This document shows, one piece after another, positions 57,916 to 64,000 of a stretch of 64,000 bases of DNA. Location: the NCBI RefSeq assembly GCF_009914755.1, contig NC_060925.1; one strand, written 5' to 3'. The notes under the pieces were generated by a model. That model was not told where the DNA came from. It saw only the letters and a program-made list of their open reading frames with translations, and made no database searches. Origin of the DNA: the human T2T-CHM13v2.0 reference genome, Homo sapiens. The position numbers and the translations under genes are program-made. Within the stretch, counting starts at the first letter, position 1, and each line of letters opens with the position of its first letter.

Positions 57916-60210
57916 ATTACCTTAAGCATCTCTACTATGGTCCAGGGATGTATTTTTTATTATTTTATTTTATCTTTCTCTTACCATTGCCCAGAGTTTA
58001 ACCCTTTATCTGTTTTGTATTTTATTTTCAGTGTTTCTGTACTCATAATTCATAATCCCTGCTTTCCCCCCACACCCCACCACATAATTAGTACTTTTCT
58101 TTCATGCTTAGCTAACTGGACTTTGTATCCTTATAAAATCTTTCCAGACTACTCTAGAAATTTTGCTCTAAATTCCTCTATAAGACACTTCCTTTGAATT
58201 ATTTGATGATAATGATCACAAGAACTTGTGAGATTTTTTACATTGCTTTAGTATAAACTTATTTAATTTCTTTATTAGTATTCCATTTTTCATATTTATT
58301 TTGACTACTTAATTAGATCATAAGTTCCAAAAAGTTAAGCACAGTTTCTGATGCTTACTTATGTTTGTTGACTTTTTTATAAAGTAGGAGAGTTTATGCA
58401 TTTGAAATGCAAATATATTCACACCAATAACAGATTATATAAAACTGGTATATTTAATGCATACAACTTTTGGGATATACTTAAAATGCAATTCTATTTT
58501 GATCTCTCCCTCTTTATTTAAATTTTATTTAGCAGGTTTTTTTTCCACTGCCACTGTGAAAAATAAGAACGGTGGCAGGCATATGGCTTTTATGATCGAT
58601 CCTAAATAATAGAACACCATAAAGTCATTTTTATTCACAGACACTCTCAAATGTAGAAGAATTAGAATTTCCAAGCCAATATATTCATCTTCAGTCTTCA
58701 TTCAAATGTGACTTACATTCCTTGTTTTCCCGTAAGCACTTATGGGGAAAGGTGAAAGGGTTCATCTTTCTCTGGCTATAATGCCTTTGTCCAACATCAT
58801 TGTCTTTCATTTCCCATCTCTGCTAAAGGAACTTGATTTAGAGAATTCCTGCATTTAGGTAAGACTCTATAGGTCTCTTTCTATACACATTAGATGGTCC
58901 CTATTTTACTTTATTACATTTCATAGTAATTTTCTCTTTATACTCTTTTATTATTTAATTATGCTTCCATCTCCCATACATTCTTTCAGAACTGTTTTCT
59001 AAAAGTTTCATTCCTTTTCTCAGAAAAGCAATGCATTTCCTAAGCCAAAAAAGTTTCTCTTCTCCTTCCCAGTGGATGTTCAAGAAGAACAAGATTTTCT
59101 TTCTTCTTTTCATATGTGTGGTGTATCAAATTTTCTGATGACTTTATCACTGGATTTCTCACATAGTATCTAAAGACTCAAGTGTTTCCTTTATACGTCT
59201 GATATCTTTCTTCTATATACTACGTATCTTGCCTTCTTATCAACACCCTGTTTTTTGTTTGTTTGTTTGTTGTTTGTTTGTTTTTTATGAGGCCAGAAGT
59301 CTCTACTCTTTGTTTCTATGCATGATGTCTTTTCTTTCATTGCAGAGGGTCAGTTCTTTCTTTCTGGCCATTCGTCTTTTGGCTCCCAGGAGCAGCACCC
59401 TTCTTTCTACATGGTCTTTCTATAGCATCATTTGCTACTACTGTTTGAGCCTCATGGGCAAATTCTTCCCTTTATCTCTCAGCACATGATGCTTTATTAA
59501 CTCTATTAGAGTTCAGAGAATTATTTTCTGTTTTCATTGTATTAAACCATTGCTTTTACTTCCTTTTGTTCTAAGTTACATGGTCTTTTCCTCCCGCCAA
59601 AGAGATGAACTGTAATTTCTCTTATGTTAAATGAGATTTATCAGCACTTCTATCTATTATTCATCAGTTTCATATTTCACATTTATGTCTACAGTTTGGA
59701 TTCCTCCTTATAACTTGAGGCTATTTTACTTACCCTTGTGTGATTAAGAGTTTATAAGCATTTCATTTCTTCTGCTACCTTGTAAAACTTCTTTTTTCAT
59801 TTGGCACATCAGACAGAATGCATTATATTCTCCCATTCAAATAGTCAGTAGCCACGTTGCTATTTTGTATTATCTTGGCAATATATCACTGTTCCTTTTT
59901 CTATATCACAGCGATATTATATTTTACTGAATGTTAATCTGCATAGATATAATTTTTTTATACAGTCTTTTTAATATTATTCAAAAGGTTTAGATATTTT
60001 GTTTGCCTATTAAAACATAAATCAATCACAATTTTTGATACAATATGAGTAATTTGATTACTCACATTTTTTAATAGGTAATTATCACATATTGCTATTT
60101 ATATCTCAGGGCATATTAACTTCTATGATTTAATTTTTGTCACTAGTATCTGTTTTCTATATTATTTTTATTTGTATCTTTATTATATTCTCGTTTCTTC
60201 TGATTATTTT

Positions 60211-60935
60211 TATTCAATTAATCTGTGATATATAGACCCCAAAATAAATACTATAATCTGACCATACATGATAGTGTTTTAGACATTTAAAAGCTACATA
60301 ATATACAATTTTTGCCCTCAAGAAAATTACAATCTGGAAGGAGAAATATATGCTTAAGCCAATAATTAAAATCCAGTGTGATATACATAGCAGTAGAAGT
60401 AATAAGTGAACAGAGGAGAGAATTATTAACTCTGAAGACATAGGGGAATGCTTTACAGAGGCAGGTGACTCTAAGCAACACTGCTAAGGCCTGTAGTAGG
60501 TCTTCATATAGTCAAGGAAGGAAGAGATTCCTGATAGATGGAATGGCATGCACAAAGTGTTTAAGCATGGAGCCACAAGGTTCGTGGAGGCCACAAGTGA
60601 TTCAATGTTGCTAAAGCAGGAACTGGTTAGGTTGATGTGGGTGAGCTGTGAGAGATGAGGATGGAAAGGCAGATGGGTGCAAGTCATGAAATATCTTACC
60701 TGTCATTCTCAGTTGGAATGTAGACTTCAGTCTATAAGTGAGAAGAAACCAGAAAAGGTATATAATAAGGGGAAATGATTTGGTCACATAGAACAAGATT
60801 TGGTCACTGTAAACCCATGGGTTCTGAAGGTGGTAGCAAGACAAAAGTCAGCAGGGCCAGTTATGAGGCTATTGTCCGGAAGAAACATGTGGAGAGGCTG
60901 AACAAAATTAGTGGTGATGGAGAAGAAAAGGATGG
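60211..60935 (-). mobile_element. L2 3' fragment
   Basis: tgccctcaagaaaattacaatctgg...ggcatgcacaaag...gagagatgagg...gtggtgatggagaaga. Confidence 0.75.
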
Positions 60936-63729
60936 ACATGGACCAGATGGACATGCACCTGAGCAGGAGAAGCATCTACGATGATGAGTAAATTGCTGGC
61001 TTTGGGGATGAGCTACCATGCTGGGCTGGTTACCCTGGAGGAAGAACAGCACACTCCATGTCAGCCTTATTTGTTCTCTGTACTGTAAATGCAGAGTTCT
61101 ATTCTATTAGAAAGCCTGACCTCATAAGCCTTGTGCTTCCTCAGGCTGCTCACTTTCAGTTTTGTAGTTCAACATAATATTTTTCTGTATAAGAAATACA
61201 GGCTCACATGCCGCTGAGGCAGCTAGTAACAATTCAGGGCAGCTGCAAGTGGCAGATCTCCGAATTGCAGTGGTGCAATTCTCAGCAGCCTGTAGCTCAT
61301 GAAGTGACTTTTCATGTAGTCTCCTTATGCAGGGACTGATCCACAGAATCAAAATTTTGGTGGCACAGGATAAGCATGATTTGTTATATTTATGCCCCCA
61401 AAGCTGAATCAGTGTTATTTTATGCTAAGCAGTTTTATTAACATTCTAGTTAAGTGATTGGTTCTATGCCTCAGATATATCTAAGGATTCCGTGAGGATA
61501 AGTAGGATGCCAACCCAGAAATAGGCCATAAAACTAGTTTCCTGGTGAAACTCATACAAGAATGCACTGATGTAAACTTTATATTTTTCCCCATTTAAAA
61601 ATCCTTAAACACCATCTTTTTTTAAAAAGTAGAATCTGGGTTACCGTGTCCTAGAAGAGCCTAATAATAGTCTTCCTTAGCTGGGATGCACCATCTGTTC
61701 ACTCTCATAACTCACTTTATTTTCCCCCTCAGTAAATCCCATGGGTATTGTCTTTTCTACCTAGTCGCTAGAAGTACTTTTAGTTATCTTCCAAAGTTAT
61801 TCAGATGTTTTAAATATCCTTCTCATACATTCCAGAGTTTTATTTTGGGGTTCTCTTTTATTCCTCTAGGTGGACATTTTTTTCCTTTTCTTGTCTTTTT
61901 TTAAACCGTGTTCCCCATGGTTATCTTTCTCATCTGTCATTCTACGTGCTCAAAACCCTCAGCTGAAAGGGAGTGTCTATTACATACCCATCACCAATGC
62001 ACAATATATATGAGATTCCCTTATCTTTATAATTATTATTTTCATTCTTGACATATTCCTCAAGGCTTCATTTATAACAATGCTTCCCTGAAGAGTGTTT
62101 ACATTTCTGTCAAGGAGCACAGAGTGTCTCACTTTTCCCTAGTAGAACTCAAGAATATTTATCTTATCAATGTTCCCGTGAGCACCATCCTTGCGCATAG
62201 CATTTACCAGCGACATCGGTTCCAACACCTCATCTTTCACCTCCCCTCTCCGCCCTGCCACATACATCTCTGTGAATTCCAGATGCACCTTCCCTCTACC
62301 CCCCATATGCTTCATCTGTTCCCAGTGTAATCCAGATGCCTTGTATTTTCTTCCAGGGAAATGCGGGATCTTTATAAGCCATCCCTCGTGAGTCATTTTT
62401 CTGTCTTTACGTCCAAGTCTGTTGTATTTTTCCCCATTGTGCCACAGGTGCATATGGCTCTTCTTCTTCCCAGCACAGATGTATACTTCCTTCACCTTCT
62501 GTTCTCTTATCATTGCTGTTTTACGTGCCCCTGGTACACCTTTTTACCTCATATGCTGCCCAGCTGTGTTATATTTTCTCATTGCTAGCATCCATCAATA
62601 TTGCTTGCTTTAAGGGAGCAAGTTGCTTCTCTTGCTTTAGATGAACAAAAGACATTTCTATTTTTCTTAGTTTAAGCATGTCTGACTTTTTTTCTGAGGC
62701 ATGTTATGTGGATTTACTCTTTGGTATCGTAAGGGTTTCTCACAATCTCTTCCATTCCAGTGGGAATATGTAGTGTTGTGTCTTTCTTTTGAAACAGAAT
62801 CTGGGGTCATCATTTGCCTTTTCATTTATATTTATTATTGTGTTAAGAAAATACTGGTTCAGAGTTGACTAAGAGCAAGGTCTAGAGCTGAATCCTATGC
62901 TTAACAGAATGAAGAAGACATAGTTAATGGGTTAATTGTTATATACAGAATAATCTCGTCTCTAAGCTTTCTGATAAATGGGAAAAAATTCTTATACAAT
63001 TCTTTTTGTGTCAATCAGAACACACAGAACAAGGCTCTATATGTCTACATTTTACGTAAAGTATATAGGTATTTCTCATCATAAACTAGCTATTCTGACT
63101 TTTTCTGGAAGTGCCCTTGTTTAATTGCACTGAGTTGTCCTCCTTCCCTGTTTTCCATGAAGACCTGCTCCTTCAACATACCTCAATTCAATTGTTCACC
63201 CATTAGTGTGACAAAACAATGCTGGAGTGATATAAAGAGTCCCTCATGTTGAGCACATTTGTTTGATCTACTCAGAGTCTTACAGTTTGTCTTTAAATAA
63301 CCAAAATGCTTACTTTTCATCCTCCATGATATGCCTTATGAGTAATTGTCTGCATAGGAATTATTACATATAAATTGCATTAATTGACTTTTCTGTCTCT
63401 CAGTCAGGTCTTCTACCAATGTACTTTAGTTCATAATAATTATACCTGTAACCCTGCAACTTTTCCCCTCTGCTGCAGAAAATATCTATGAACAATGATC
63501 ATTATCCCCCACAGTGCTGTTAGGGGAATTGTTCTTTTTAAATGTTAAATCTTTATGGATCCTTGCTCCCATGTCAGCTTTGAACCATTTATTTGGTTGT
63601 GAGCTGACTAAAACATCTATATTATCTTCATTTGTCCCACTGCTTAATTCTCCTTTGTTCTTCAGAATATGAAACCTTTAGTCTTTTTTCAATTCAAAGA
63701 CTAGACTAGTATATTGTTCATATTTTTAA

Positions 63730-64000
63730 TATTCATCCTTCAGATATTTATTGAGCACATACTGTGTACTAGGCAATCTTCCAGGCCTGATAAGACAAAA
63801 GTGAACAAAAGTTCCTGTCTTTATAAATCTTACATCTTAGGCAGAAATACAGGAATAAATTAATAAGTAAAATGCAGCTTACAGTATTAAGAATGGTAAG
63901 TGCTTGTGGGGAAAAAGACTCGGCAAGAAATAGTGATAAGAAATGTGTAGATGTGTATAATGGCATGTGTGTGTTGGATGGGGCCCAGGGAAGTCCTCCT
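63730..64000 (-). mobile_element. L2 (L2a-like) 3' end, runs off the window
   Basis: atatttattgagcacatactgtgtactaggc...gtgaacaaaa...cttacat...agggaagtcctc. Confidence 0.8.

Overview
Primate genomic DNA, probably human or another ape (AluY plus an LTR12C/ERV9 solo LTR). It is AT-rich and looks intergenic or deep-intronic. I could not recognise any intact protein-coding gene, RNA gene or CRISPR array. Roughly half the window is interspersed repeat: nested L1s, Alus, MaLR/ERVL/ERV1 LTRs, Tigger/Charlie-derived MERs, MIR and L2. Many insertions keep readable target-site duplications (TSDs). Most of the longer ORFs in the supplied track fall in these repeats. Three things stand out. (1) A minus-strand stretch at about 46.85-47.9 kb whose translation shows collinear motifs of a Sushi-like Ty3/Gypsy integrase, with possible RNase H motifs further upstream. 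(2) A long purine-skewed minus-strand region at about 51-63 kb that may be a decayed large coding exon; this is weakly supported. (3) A multi-layer transposon cluster at 54.4-57.9 kb in which an LTR12C with an expanded U5 tandem array sits inside an AluY and points leftwards towards (1) and the lower part of (2). All subfamily names come from my recall of consensus sequences, not from a search, and boundaries of old repeats are approximate.
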